DNA of 64,000 nucleotides, taken from NCBI GenBank assembly GCA_013239625.1, contig MU053588.1, forward strand, positions 2,924,508-2,988,507, in the 5' to 3' direction. Below are positions 27,759-41,420 of this stretch, one piece after another (position 1 is the stretch's first letter; the number at the start of each line of letters is the position of its first letter). The position numbers and the translations under genes are program-made. The notes under the pieces were generated by a model that did no database searches, had not been told where the DNA came from, and saw only the letters and a program-made list of their open reading frames with translations. The stretch is from Lama guanicoe. Taxonomy: Eukaryota.

Positions 27759-30700
27759 AGAGGAGTGATTTCAAAGAGCCCAGGCCTTTGCACCTTCCCA
27801 TGCATAGAAAAGTGCTAAATTCCTTAGCTGGAGATATCTGGTTTTCTTTAAGTAGCAGTAATCTCTTGATGTTCCGACTAGCTAGTCTTTGTTGGTAAAA
27901 CGCATATATCCTGCCTTCGATCTTGCCACAGCGGAACAGCCTCTGAGAGGGAACTGAGATGCTGTGCCCCAGGCTCCAGTCCTCAGGAAATCCGCCAGGA
28001 GACATATAAATCTCAACTTTTTCGCTGTGCATTTATTTCAGTCGACAACCCTAAGTTTCTTCCTTAAAAATCTTTCATTAGCTTAAACACATAACCCTTA
28101 AGCAACGTACAGTTCACTGGCTGTCTACATATTCTCCTCGTTGTGCAACACGTCTCTGGTACAGTTTTTAATCAGTAAAACTGAAACTTGACACAGAAGA
28201 CACGACTCTCCTGGCCGGCAACGGCTTTCTCTGGTGACTGAGAAACCTGCAGGAGTCGTACAAGGGAAGACCTGGTGCTGGGCAGCTCTCCCTGTAAGGG
28301 AGACTCACTCGTTTTGATGACACATGAGAGGGAACGGAGACCGCCCTGGGGGAAAAGCTTAGACGCTGAGCTCTCAAACAGCACATTGACCCACCACAGG
28401 ATCTTCACTCCCGACTGTATTCTCACAACCGGCTTTAGAACAGGAACTAAGCGTTCAAAACAGAAGCAAAAGGAGCAACAGATTGCCAGTGTAAAATTAC
28501 ACTGACAAGTACTTTCTTCATTGGGAATTAAAGGAAGTCTCGCCCTGAAACTCACTAAGCTGGGGCTCTTTTCTTCTGTATGCAGTTAAGGGTAAAAAGC
28601 CTGGTAAAAGCAACTGTTCAGAATTCTGAACTGACACAAACAAAAATCCTTCTACAGGGAACTTGTATTTCTCTTCCTGTGCCTTTGAAATGTAAATCCT
28701 ATCTTTTTCTGGGTGGGGCGTGTGTGTGTGCGCGCGCGCGTGTGTGTTTAAACAAACAAACAGACACCTAGGTCTCTGCCATACAAAAGGTCCCCATATG
28801 ACGTATATTTGTCAGCCAGGCAAAGAGACTGGGATTCTGAGCATTCCTTTGTCCGATTCTACCCATTCTCAGGCTTTTTGCCACGTCAGTCTTCATTACG
28901 TCATCCTGGACCATGAAGGCCTTTACTTCTGGGGAGTAAAATTTGAATCTTCTTAAGGCAGAAGCCCCTACTGTCTCGTGGGGAAGCCTCTTCCTCTTAT
29001 GGCTTTCAAATCACTAAGCATAAATCTAGCTCATTCATGGCCAGAGGATGGATCTTTGAAGTTCGAGAAACTTCTAAATTGGTAACATTTGAGAGAGTTC
29101 TCACTATCAACGGCAGTTTCATACCTATAAATTTCAATCAAACTTAAAGACGGAAAGTATCTATCTAATGGTTAATCGAAGAAAGCCCTTAGTTTAAAAT
29201 GACAGGAAAAACTGCCTTGGGAGGCCTTATTTGTGTACTCCCGTTCCCCTCAATGGGCCTTACAGTTGCCAATACAAATATTAGAATAAATAATATGAAT
29301 GTAGGCTGACTAAGTCAAATAAAAAAAAAACTGATGATTTTAAAGGGACTGATCTCAAATGGATTAAAAAAAAACCTCTAGATGCTTATTGAAAGTGGGG
29401 TAAATAAAACAGACATTTACAGATTAAAATTCAAGTTTTGATACTATGCTGTGTAAGCTTAAATAAGTCAATGGTCAATGGGACCCTCTGCTGGTCCCCA
29501 ATATTAAAGTCCAAACAAGTCCTCTCTATCTACCCCCTCTAGGGTCCAGGGCAGAGATCCTGGGGCTGGACACCGGACAGATCTTGTGGTGCCAAGCGCT
29601 GCCAGCCTGGGCCCTGCGACCCCCAAACTTCCATGCATTTATTTCAGTCGACAACCCTAAGTTTCTTCCTTAAAAATCTTTCATTAGCTTAAACACATAA
29701 CCCTTAAGCAACGTACAGTTCACTGGCTGTCTACATATTCTCCTCGTTGTGCAACACGTCTCTGGTACAGTTTTTAATCAGTAAAACTGAAACTTGACAC
29801 AGAAGACACGACTCTCCTGGCCGGCAACGGCTTTCTCTGGTGACTGAGAAACCTGCAGGAGTCGTACAAGGGAAGACCTGGTGCTGGGCAGCTCTCCCTG
29901 TAAGGGAGACTCACTCGTTTTGATGACACATGAGAGGGAACGGAGACCGCCCTGGGGGAAAAGCTTAGACGCTGAGCTCTCAAACAGCACATTGACCCAC
30001 CACAGGATCTTCACTCCCGACTGTATTCTCACAACCGGCTTTAGAACAGGAACTAAGCGTTCAAAACAGAAGCAAAAGGAGCAACAGATTGCCAGTGTAA
30101 AATTACACTGACAAGTACTTTCTTCATTGGGAATTAAAGGAAGTCTCGCCCTGAAACTCACTAAGCTGGGGCTCTTTTCTTCTGTATGCAGTTAAGGGTA
30201 AAAAGCCTGGTAAAAGCAACTGTTCAGAATTCTGAACTGACACAAACAATGCCTTTGAATGTAAATCCTATCTTTTTCTGGGTGGGGCGTGTGTGTGTGT
30301 GCGCGCGCGCGTGTGTGTTTAAACAAACAAACAGACACCTAGGTCTCTGCCATACAAAAGGTCCCCATATGACGTATATTTGTCAGCCAGGCAAAGAGAC
30401 TGGGATTCTGAGCATTCCTTTGTCCGATTCTACCCATTCTCAGGCTTTTTGCCACGTCAGTCTTCATTACGTCATCCTGGACCATGAAGGCCTTTACTTC
30501 TGGGGAGTAAAATTTGAATCTTCTTAAGGCAGAAGCCCCTACTGTCTCGTGGGGAAGCCTCTTCCTCTTATGGCTTTCAAATCACTAAGCATAAATCTAG
30601 CTCATTCATGGCCAGAGGATGGATCTTTGAAGTTCGAGAAACTTCTAAATTGGTAACATTTGAGAGAGTTCTCACTATCAACGGCAGTTTCATACCTATA

Positions 30701-31898
30701 AATTTCAATCAAACTTAAAGACGGAAAGTATCTATCTAATGGTTAATCGAAGAAAGCCCTTAGTTTAAAATGACAGGAAAAACTGCCTTGGGAGGCCTTA
30801 TTTGTGTACTCCCGTTCCCCTCAATGGGCCTTACAGTTGCCAATACAAATATTAGAATAAATAATATGAATGTAGGCTGACTAAGTCAAATAAAAAAAAA
30901 ACTGATGATTTTAAAGGGACTGATCTCAAATGGATTAAAAAAAAACCTCTAGATGCTTATTGAAAGTGGGGTAAATAAAACAGACATTTACAGATTAAAA
31001 TTCAAGTTTTGATACTATGCTGTGTAAGCTTAAATAAGTCAATGGTCAATGGGACCCTCTGCTGGTCCCCAATATTAAAGTCCAAACAAGTCCTCTCTAT
31101 CTACCCCCTCTAGGGTCCAGGGCAGAGATCCTGGGGCTGGACACCGGACAGATCTTGTGGTGCCAAGCGCTGCCAGCCTGGGCCCTGCGACCCCCAAACT
31201 TCCAGCCATTAGGCATCTGCCTTCTCCTCTTCACAAGACAAAGTACATTCCTTTCTGAGTCACACCGACCAACCCTAGCAGGATTAACTGCCCTGGGTAA
31301 TGTCTAAACAGACAATGAAAAGTCAAGAGGACCTGGTCTGTCTCAACCCTCTGTCTCCATCTTTTGCGAGTCACACATCCCACTGCCTTGCCATGCACCA
31401 AAGCCCCGTACCTCACTTGTAGCCAATCAGAAATCTGTTCACGGCATGACCACGCTCCGCCATCCCTCTGGGTTCGCAGCCCTTTCCTCAAAAAAACACC
31501 CAGCACGGTCACCCCGGCGCGCACACGGTCACCTCCCGTCTCTGTGGCCCACTCTTGCCTGTAGCAGCGCAGCTATTCAACTTTTCTTTGTGTCTGGAAG
31601 CTTCTTTTACCGCCTGCGCCACAGCCCACCAAAACCCACAACAGATCTCACCACACAAACAGACCATAGACAGCATGCCATTTTGCAACAGCTTTATTTC
31701 AGTCCGTCTCAAATTTCTTCAGCAAGCGAACTTGTCAAAACAGGAAGAAAGCTGATTTCGATGAAAGGAAATCACTTTCAGCAGTTATTGCAATCATGCC
31801 CATATTCTGCTGTGTCAGGAACGTATTTGAAACTGCACGAGAAAGGCAAGGAAAATCCAACGATTGGACATAATTTCCATATGCCTTTATAATTTCTT

Positions 31899-32207
31899 TT
31901 AAACTGTATATACGCATGTTGCTTCACGATGCTCCTTCTTAAAGAAATATGGGATATTTTGTAGAATGTTTCCCTTAAACAAGCTTTCGACAACAGCAGG
32001 CGTGTTCCGGATTATATAGGTCAGAGCAGTTTTCACTGCATACCGACAAATCCACAGTATGATTTCATTTAACACGGTGTGTTGATCTGTTAAATACTCT
32101 TGGAGAAACAGCATCAACTTTTCCTCGAGAAATAGCCATAATATGCGGCTTAGAAATAGCAGAGCTACGCCTTTCATAGATGAAAACACCATGTCCTTGA
32201 TCCGCAT
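31899..32207 (-). CDS. Type I 102-aa ORF copy (separated from its acceptor by the 897-bp duplication)
   Basis: Identical translation to 20060-20368. Confidence 0.45.
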   Translation of the reverse strand: MRIKDMVFSSMKGVALLFLSRILWLFLEEKLMLFLQEYLTDQHTVLNEIILWICRYAVKTALTYIIRNTPAVVESLFKGNILQNIPYFFKKEHREATCVYTV

Positions 32208-32795
32208 ACCGGGTATATGTTTGCTGCAGTCTAAGCTCTGACTGGGTTTTAATGTAGAGAGGTGTGTAGAGTGGCAATTTAGAGAGCTCAGTGCCACTAA
32301 ACAGAGAAGTTGAAAACAGCTCACAGTTGCCCTGCTGAGGAGAGGCACCGCACAGCACGCAGGGATCCAAGACAACTAAGGGTTTCAGAAAAACACCCAG
32401 CACGGTCACCCCGGCGCGCACACGGTCACCTCCCGTCTCTGTGGCCCACTCTTGCCTGTAGCAGCGCAGCTATTCAACTTTTCTTTGTGTCTGGAAGCTT
32501 CTTTTACCGCCTGCGCCACAGCCCACCAAAACCCACAACAGATCTCACCACACAAACAGACCATAGACAGCATGCCATTTTGCAACAGCTTTATTTCAGT
32601 CCGTCTCAAATTTCTTCAGCAAGCGAACTTGTCAAAACAGGAAGAAAGCTGATTTCGATGAAAGGAAATCACTTTCAGCAGTTATTGCAATCATGCCCAT
32701 ATTCTGCTGTGTCAGGAACGTATTTGAAACTGCACGAGAAAGGCAAGGAAAATCCAACGATTGGACATAATTTCCATATGCCTTTATAATTTCTT

Positions 32796-33104
32796 TTAAA
32801 CTGTATATACGCATGTTGCTTCACGATGCTCCTTCTTAAAGAAATATGGGATATTTTGTAGAATGTTTCCCTTAAACAAGCTTTCGACAACAGCAGGCGT
32901 GTTCCGGATTATATAGGTCAGAGCAGTTTTCACTGCATACCGACAAATCCACAGTATGATTTCATTTAACACGGTGTGTTGATCTGTTAAATACTCTTGG
33001 AGAAACAGCATCAACTTTTCCTCGAGAAATAGCCATAATATGCGGCTTAGAAATAGCAGAGCTACGCCTTTCATAGATGAAAACACCATGTCCTTGATCC
33101 GCAT
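32796..33104 (-). CDS. Type I 102-aa ORF copy
   Basis: Identical translation to 20060-20368; acceptor intact. Confidence 0.55.
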   Translation of the reverse strand: MRIKDMVFSSMKGVALLFLSRILWLFLEEKLMLFLQEYLTDQHTVLNEIILWICRYAVKTALTYIIRNTPAVVESLFKGNILQNIPYFFKKEHREATCVYTV

Positions 33105-33804
33105 ACCGGGTATATGTTTGCTGCAGTCTAAGCTCTGACTGGGTTTTAATGTAGAGAGGTGTGTAGAGTGGCAATTTAGAGAGCTCAGTGCCACTAAACA
33201 GAGAAGTTGAAAACAGCTCACAGTTGCCCTGCTGAGGAGAGGCACCGCACAGCACGCAGGGATCCAAGACAACTAAGGGTTTCAGTACAGCTGCGGAATA
33301 TAAGTAAAAGGGGAGGGCCTAAACCGGACCCGTCATTGTGTGGGTGGGGAAAGTACACAGCTGAACATTCCCACAGTAAATAACTAGGTGAGGTTTGGTA
33401 AAGGCACCATACTGATTATCCTTCTCTCACATTCAAGCACACTCTAAATTGATTTTAAACTGCATATGTCATTTATTGTCTCTCTCCTTCTTACTAACTT
33501 CCAGATTGGTACTTTATTTGGCCATATCACTACAAACACTACTTCTTTCTCTTCAAAAAGTCCCTACTTCCCACACTAAAAAACAAATTATACCCACACA
33601 ACACCATCAAGGTACTTTTAAACTAACAGAAGCAGTTACTTTTTGTTGTTGTTGTTCACAAATTTGAAATGAACAGACACAAATAAATTTCCACTGTAAA
33701 ATATATACTTAAACAACAGGTACAGGTCAGGCCCCTTCTGCTTATAAGTGCACAGGGCCTTTGTCACAAAACCTATAATTTATTTGTAATAATTCGACAT
33801 ATGT

Positions 33805-35650
33805 CAAGGATTAGATCACAAGCCAATGCAGCTGCTGACATCAATATTCCCTGAAAGGAGTTCAGGGTGGAGATCGGGAATGAGACACTCCGTGTCCTGG
33901 GGAAAACTTGCAGAAGAGGCCTTCACATTGTGAGATGTTTTCAGGAGATTTTCTGAGCCCTAGTTCTTCTCTCTCCTCATATGCAGCAAAGCACTAAAAT
34001 AACTAATGGTGACATCTGCTCTGCTCCTTGTGACTAGCAGCAAGCCTCTGCCTAAATGTGTGCTTGGCTGCACACACCCTCCCTACACTAACATCATGTA
34101 TAACACTGAGCTCCCTGCTGCCTCTTCGGAGCAGTTACTCAGAGCTAAGATGCTGTCTACTGGACTACAGTTCTCATTTTGCCCCCAAATAAAACTTAAC
34201 TCAAAACTCTCACACTGTGTGATTTTATTTCAGTCGCCAGGTGGAACAGAGTATTAACCTAGCCGGGTGCTTCTGAGTGACTGACTGCTCAGGTTGCCAG
34301 TCCCTGAAGCCCACCCCGCCCCCGAAGGGCAAATGATATGTTCATGCTCCTTGTGAATCTGCTCCAACCTCAAGCCATACAAAACCTACAGGAATGGTAA
34401 GCCCTGACTGCCTTTACATCCCCAACGGGATAGTTTTCTTTCTTTTGAAAGTTTCCTATTTGGGGCTCTGACAATAATTAGGCAGGTATTTGGCTCTGGC
34501 CAAATCAGTGACCAAATCTGAGATGATTTACCACAGAAAGAGGAATACGTGAAACACACTGATGATGTACACAGTTATAACTTTCCTCAAAAAAGAGATG
34601 GCAAAAACCTTCTCCTAATCTAGCCCCACCGGAGGGTGACAATATCCAAGTCCTCACCCTGAAAGTTGGGGCTTCCAGCCTGGGTCCTGTCCTCCCAGCA
34701 GGACTGGGCTCCAGGGCTGAAGGAAGCCCCTTTGCACAGGAGGTGCCTGCATCTGAAGGCAGGAGGGAGGAGTCAGTGACTGTCCTTGTGCACTTGGACA
34801 ACAGGCCCAGGCCAGAAACAGGGTGGGGATGCAGCAGTGGTCAGGGGGTGGAGCTGGGATGTGACAGCCACAGGCACTAAGGTGCCCCCTTTGACCCCCA
34901 CAGCATCTGAGGGACTATGGAGGTAATAATGTTGAGAATACAGGGCAGCATTAAACCACAGTCCTTACTGTTGGTTTGCAGCTTAGTATCTTTTTTAAAA
35001 AAGGTGATACTGTTTTTAAGCATTTCATCACCAACTGGTTGTATAGAACTAGAGCCAACTTGCCCACTACAAATACAGGCATCCTCCCGATTAAAAGTTA
35101 AGACATCTGGTCTAACAACAGCATTGATTATTTCTTGGGCCATATCATTCTTTGTGTCTCTTAGGGATATCCTCATCTCATCTATGAGAAATGTACCCAC
35201 GATATCCACGAGAACTCCCATGGCATTGTCCTTTGCACATGAAATTAATGAATGCTTCAAAAACACAATGAGTGTGAATTTTTACATTTTGTTTTGTTTT
35301 ATTTTGTTTTGTTTTTCGCTTCAGTCCTGGATCTGACTTCATCCCTGGAGAGTCAGCCATGGAAGAAGTAAAAGATATGACATCTGCTCACCCCATACAT
35401 CAGAGGTGCTCCTGGTCAGTGAGCATGAGTCACGGTGCCCAGAACCACCAGCCATCTTCATGAAGTCACCACCCCCCAGCCAGACTGTCTTGTGTGACCT
35501 GTGGCCACAGCCTGCAAGATAGCAAGATTCCCAGGAGGTTTTGAGGAAGTTATAATGACTGAGGCCCCTCGAGAGGCTGAAGAGAGGAGGTGAAGGGGGA
35601 AGTGAGAGAGTTGATGGCTCGGACGCCCTCGAGTGTGTGGACCCCGGAAT
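33805..35650 (+). repeat. Tandem duplication, unit 3 (partial)
   Basis: Identical to the start of unit 2 until ~35465, diverged to ~35650, then unrelated. Confidence 0.95.
34877..35266 (-). pseudogene. Unknown ORF family, type III, copy 3
   Basis: Identical translation to 11874-12263. Confidence 0.6.
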
Positions 35651-35749
35651 GGGGAGTTAGAGCTTTCAAAAGCAAAGATAAAGTAATGATAGTTTGCCAG
35701 CCTCCAACTATTATCATTGCCAGGTTTATGTACATACAAATCTTATAGG

Positions 35750-36218
35750 TGAGAAGGAAAAGACAGGCTGGGCTAACAAGCTAACTCATAAATCTAAGTA
35801 TAATGAGTGTCAGTTTACTTATTTCAGTTCTGCTGGGCTAACTTGTAAATTTAAATGTAATAAGTGTCGGTTTACTGATCTAAGTTCTGCTGGGCTAACT
35901 CGTAAATCTAAAGTTTAGTAAGTGTCGGTTTACTGGGCTAAAAAGCTAACTCGTAAATCCAAGCTCAACAATGTCAGTAACGTGATCTGTTCCCACTAGA
36001 TAAGTTCCAGGGTACTGATTCCTTGCTTTTGCTGTTCGCGACTTATTGGCTAATAGCCCCATGGTTGTAATTAACCCTATGAAACCTCATGCACGTGTCT
36101 TGGAGGTGCTCAGAGTTTCAGAGCAGAAGCCCCTCTGAGCCCACCGGTGTAATAAATCTGAGTACTCCAACCCTGTGAGTGGTGCTTGTTTCTTGGCTGG
36201 CCTGCCATTTCTGTAACA
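35750..36218 (+). mobile_element. Solo LTR of the ATXN7-carrying ERV family
   Basis: TGAGAAGGAAA...GTAACA; matches 49250-49657 and 59761-60174. Confidence 0.92.
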
Positions 36219-36229
36219 TAACCACTGAG

Positions 36230-36970
36230 AGGAGTTTTCTGGCAATGTCTATTATCATTGAGTTTGCTGTTACCCTAGAGTCAGCAACTTCACTTTCAGG
36301 TATTAATATATCCCCAAGAGAAATACTTCAACATGTGCTTGAGATATGTTCAAGAGTATGCAAATCTTGCTGTTGTAGCAAAATACAATAATAAAAATGA
36401 AGTTTCAGCTTACTTCCTTTCAGTCAGGGAATTAAATACATGTAGGTTCATTCCTACAGTGGAATCCTACCTAGCAGTTAAAATGAGGGTTACATATAAT
36501 AACGAAGATACATGTAAATCAGAGTTGAGTTTTGTAAAAAGTTCATTACAAAGAAAGACAGCTTATGACTCATTTGTGTCAATTAAAATAAAAACTACAC
36601 TACATATTATTTATCAATATAAACATATAAAAAAATACCAAGACAAGGATGGGAGAAGTCTCTCCCCTTACAGGATAGTGGTTACTCCGGGGAAAGAGGA
36701 GGAAAAAGGATAAGGGGGTGGTGTTCAATTTTATGTAACATTTTGCCTCTTTTCTTAAAAAAGGAGATCTGAAGCAAATATCTAAAATGTTCACATCTGG
36801 GAACACTCCCTCAGAGCTATATGAGAGGCTGTATCCCAGGATTAAGTCTGAAGCAAGTCCACCAAATAAAATGTTCACATCGGTTAAATGTGGAGGTGAG
36901 CAAACAGATGAATATTATGACATTTTACATGTTATAATATTTGTGTGTATAAAATATTTCATAATTCAAA
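36230..36970 (+). mobile_element. Old L1 3' fragments
   Basis: Degenerate L1 3'-end motifs. Confidence 0.5.
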
Positions 36971-37174
36971 GGAAAAATATATATATTATCTGTATGACAT
37001 CTCTGCATGTCATAAAGTCTAATTCTTCCTCATGTTAAAGATACCCATTTGATGGCTACAGAGTATGAATGAATTATTTAAATGAACAAAACATATAGGA
37101 AATAAGAAATGATGGACTTAAATTGTTTCCATGATCTTTAAATTCTTAAAAATGCCAGCAGGAACATGTTTTTA

Positions 37175-37312
37175 GGTTTTATTTTTTATTGAACTGTAGT
37201 TCATTTACAATGTTAGTTTCAGGTGGACAGCAAAGTAATTCAGTTATACCTATACATGCATATATTTTCAGATTCTCTTCCACTATAGCTTATTACAAAA
37301 AAATTGAATATA
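37175..37312 (-). mobile_element. L1 3'-end fragment (artiodactyl-type)
   Basis: TTTATTGAACTGTAGTTCATTTACAATGTTAGTTTCAGG..CAGCAAAG. Confidence 0.7.
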
Positions 37313-37579
37313 GAGAAACTTTCCTTTACACATATCTTTGTACATTTGTCTTACTATTTCTATAGATTAAATTTGTAAAAATGGGAATTTTTAAAAGAAT
37401 GAACACATTTTACATTTAGATATGTTAATTAGCATATTTCTCTTGCAAATGTTTTAATTTATACTTTCCACAAGAAAATTTGAAATAACACTTTCTTGTG
37501 TTCAACATTAGGCATTATCAACCTTTTTGGTGATAGCTAACGATTTCCTATTTATTAATTCTCAATATTCCTAAAAGGG

Positions 37580-37725
37580 TAGCAATACCATCATCCTCAC
37601 TTTGCAGACAGTAAACTGAGGCACAGGGTAGGTAAATGACTTTTTATTTTTACAGAACTAGTTAGTGGCTGAGAAGGGATTTGAATCCTGAAAACCTGGC
37701 TCCAGAACCTGCACTGATATTAACC
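37580..37725 (-). mobile_element. MIR SINE fragment
   Basis: Core ..TTTGCAGACAGTAAACTGAGGCACAG..GGATTTGAATCC. Confidence 0.75.
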
Positions 37726-37808
37726 ACTCCAATTTTTGGCAATGTAATGGGGTAAAAAAATCTTATATATTGCGTGTAATATCTATTAAAACATATATAT
37801 ATATATAC

Positions 37809-37839
<31 letters not shown>

Positions 37840-38437
37840 ATCTAAAGATATATAGTTTAAATTAGTAATTAATTGTCTATTGTTGAGAATAGGAATCTTT
37901 GCTTGTGCTCATTGGGTATTTATACTTCTTCACTTATGAACTGCCTCCTTAGGTCTTTAGTTAATTTTTATACTGGTGGCATTTATTTCTTCTTATAAAT
38001 GTAGAAAAGCTTTTTATATTTTAATGATCATATGATAAATAGATATAAAACATTTTTACACAGCTTAACTTTCACTTTTTAATTTTATTTATGATCTCTT
38101 GCTTTGAGGAAATTTTAAAATTTTTGTGGCATTCCTCACTTGCAGTCACATTTTGTTTTGGTTTTGCCTTCCACAGTACCCAGCTTAACACTGAGCATGT
38201 AATAAATGAAAAGTTCAATGAGCAGCATGAAAAGAAGGAATTGCAAAAAAAAGGTGGGGAGGGCACACTGTCTGTAGAGTTCATGTAACAAATCAGACCT
38301 AGTGCCCTGGAGATAGATGATTTGGGTTTGTATCCCTGGATACAACTCTTGGCCTGGTTTTTGGAGATTCAAAAACTACAGTGTTCAGAACTCATTTGCC
38401 ACTGCCCCCAAATTTTCCATTATCTCTTTCACCCTGA

Positions 38438-39277
38438 TGTTGCTGAAACATGGCCTCTGGACCCCACAGACCAAATTAAGACTTGAGGACAGAGTTTTGG
38501 ATGAAATAGAAAAGGCAGCTTTATTTCTTTGCCAGGCAAAGGAGGTCACAGTGGGCTAGTGCCTCTAAGACTGTGAGCCTGCTGGGGAGAGAAGATGGGG
38601 TTTCATAGTAAAATTCAAGAGTTCAAGGGGTAGAGCTAGTTTCCACAGAGATTGTATACAGGGTAATAAATTGTCACAAAATTGTCCTTATTTTTGCAAA
38701 TGCAGTGGTTTCCTTCCTTCTGCCAGGGTATGAAGTTCACCTCTGGCTTTGAGACTCTCTTAGTATTCTTGTCCCTAGAACAAAAGATGCATAGGAAGGG
38801 GCTATGTGGCAAAGAGCTCTAGAGAAAAGCTGATGCGGTTTAAAGTCAAGCTGATAAATGCTTTTAGCCTTTTAAGCAGACTGGGGCTTGGGATCTCCTG
38901 TTGCAGTCCTCAGCCTGCAGCCCAAACAACGGGTACAACAGGATACAAGGAAACCACAAGGGGTCAAAACCACCTGCAGAGATAAGTAGTGGGGGCAAGT
39001 TATGAACAAGATGCACAAAACACCCAACTGCTGCTTCTGAGGAGTCAGGCTCCAGAGGAGGACACTGGGGCCAAAAGCAGGACACTAAGCATGATCCCTG
39101 CACCCAGCACCATGAGCAGGTTGGGTGGAGCACCCAAGCCTCCCTCCTCTCCAGCCTACCCCTGGTCAGGAAGATCATGAGAAAAACCCTTTAAACCATT
39201 GTACAGTTAGGCAGTTACAAACACCACTGTAGATATCAGGTGGTCACCAATGACAATAGGGTCCTGCTCTGTTACAC
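38438..39277 (-). mobile_element. ERV LTR (far end approximate)
   Basis: Start is the reverse complement of the LTR end at 1-90. Confidence 0.55.
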
Positions 39278-40869
39278 TGAGACCATTCCCATAACTCTAG
39301 TATGAAGATAATATTAAGTATCTTACACAAAGTTAGGAGGATCAATGTCATGACTAAATTAAAGTACCAGGATTAAAGAGCTTTCAGTTACTGTCCCCTT
39401 ACCCTTCAAAAGTAAGAGAAATGTATCACCTATTGATAAATGGGATGGCTTTCCAAGAGAGAAAAGAATGCCAACTCACTTATAATTTGATCATGAGTTC
39501 TCTCTTGTGTTAGGGATGGCAAGGGATCTGAGAACGCTGAGATTTGAAAGGGCTTTTTTTTTTTTAAGTTGTGTGAGGGAAGAGAAACCATGAATTTCAA
39601 ACAGATTGTATTACAGACACACAATACTGGAAGGGCCACAGGCATCATTTTCTGGTCCCTGAACTCATCTCATCCCCATAAAAACTCCTAGAGTCTGTGG
39701 ATCAGCTGCAACCAAACAAGATAGATCTCCACAAATTAATGCAGAAAAAAAGTGCAAGACAAATTCTTGAGTGGAAAAAAAGCAAATTGAAAAACTAATA
39801 TATATAATATCATATATTCTAAACAGGGCAGGAGAAAGGAAGGAAAAGTCTATTTCTATGTATATGGTACATAGGTAGACCTGTGTCTACCTATTCATTT
39901 ATGCACCAAATATTTATTGCTGCTATGTATAAGGCATTATTTAAGGTATTGAGGATGTAGTAGTGAACTACAGATGAAGTCTACAAAGGCAAGAAAAGAA
40001 AAGAAACTCCACAAAACTAAACAAATGAACAAAACCAAGTGTGAGTATGTCTTCGGACTAGTAAGGAAAGACATTATTAATAGGGACTGTTGCAGTAGAG
40101 AAATTCTCAAAACCTGAGCCAGGAACATCAAAAGACTGTGGGTTAGGTGGCTGTGGAAAGAGGAGGGAGTTTGCTAACAAAGCTGCTGGGAGGCTTCTTG
40201 AAAGTTAACAAACAACAGACATCAAATATTGTAATGACAGGAAACTAAAGTGGGCAGTGTTCATTTGTGTTTAGGCACCTGAGGTGAGAACCTGGACTGG
40301 AGATGGAGTAAATGAACTATAGCCGAGAAAGTCACAGACTTTCAGGCCTGGCTGTCCTAGTGAAGAAGCCTAAAATACTACAGGGTACAAGTGTCATTAG
40401 CCTCGTAAATCCCTCCTTGGGGCCTCTCTTCTTAGGAGGATTTCTGAGCTGTCCAACAGAGACCCTTAGGACTTGCAGGACCACAGACAGCCCCGATTCT
40501 GTCCCACTCTGCCCCAGGTGGGCAGTCAGGAGCTCAGCAAGCAGATGGGGCTGCTGACTGCCTAGACAGAATGATAGCAGAGTGGGAAGGAGCAGACTGA
40601 GACTAGGAAAGGTCTCAGCATGGACCCAGGAGACCATAGGGTGTTCAGGGATTGGAGAGCAAGACTAGGGAGCTGTGACTGGGAAAATGTCCACCACAGG
40701 ACATGGGAAGGGACAAGAGTCTCATCAGAGAAAGTCCCTTTCTCCCCAGAATCTACAAGTGCAGAGGGAACCAGCCACAGCTGCGAACCAATGAGGTCAC
40801 TTGTAAACACAAAGGTCACCTGGAACCTCCTAGATTCTAGGTCTTCAGTCCCCAGATTTAAATGAGCCC

Positions 40870-41188
40870 AATGTAAGTTGATTTACAATTTGTGTTGGTT
40901 TTTTGTATTCAGGAATATTATATATATATAATATATAATATATATATATAAAATATTCAGGTATATATATAATATTATATATGATGTATATATAATATAT
41001 ATGATATATATAATATTCAGGTGTGTATATATAATATTATGTATAATGTATACATTATATATATAATATATATAATATTCAGGTATGTATATAATATTAC
41101 ATATATATAACATGTATAATAGGTATATAATATTCAGGTATATATACTATTATATATTATATATAATATATTATATATATAATATTCA

Positions 41189-41238
<50 letters not shown>

Positions 41239-41420
41239 CACCAAAAAGTAACACAATATTGTGAATCAACTTACATTGGGCTCATTTAAATTCATATATA
41301 TATATATTATATAATATATATATATTATATATATACCTGAATATATTTTTCTTTTTCATATTGTCTTCGATTATGGTTTGTTAAGGATATTGAGTATAGT
41401 TCCCTGTGCTATACAGTAGG
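40870..41420 (-). repeat. L1 3' end containing an expanded AT-rich minisatellite
   Basis: Repeats of ATATAATATTCAGGTATATATAT between L1 tail segments. Confidence 0.75.

Larger units (their letters stand above)
21069..33804 (+). repeat. Tandem segmental duplication, unit 2 (12,736 bp; contains 1606-bp and 897-bp internal tandem duplications)
   Basis: Near-identical to unit 1; ORF offsets 10268, +1606, +897. Confidence 0.97.
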
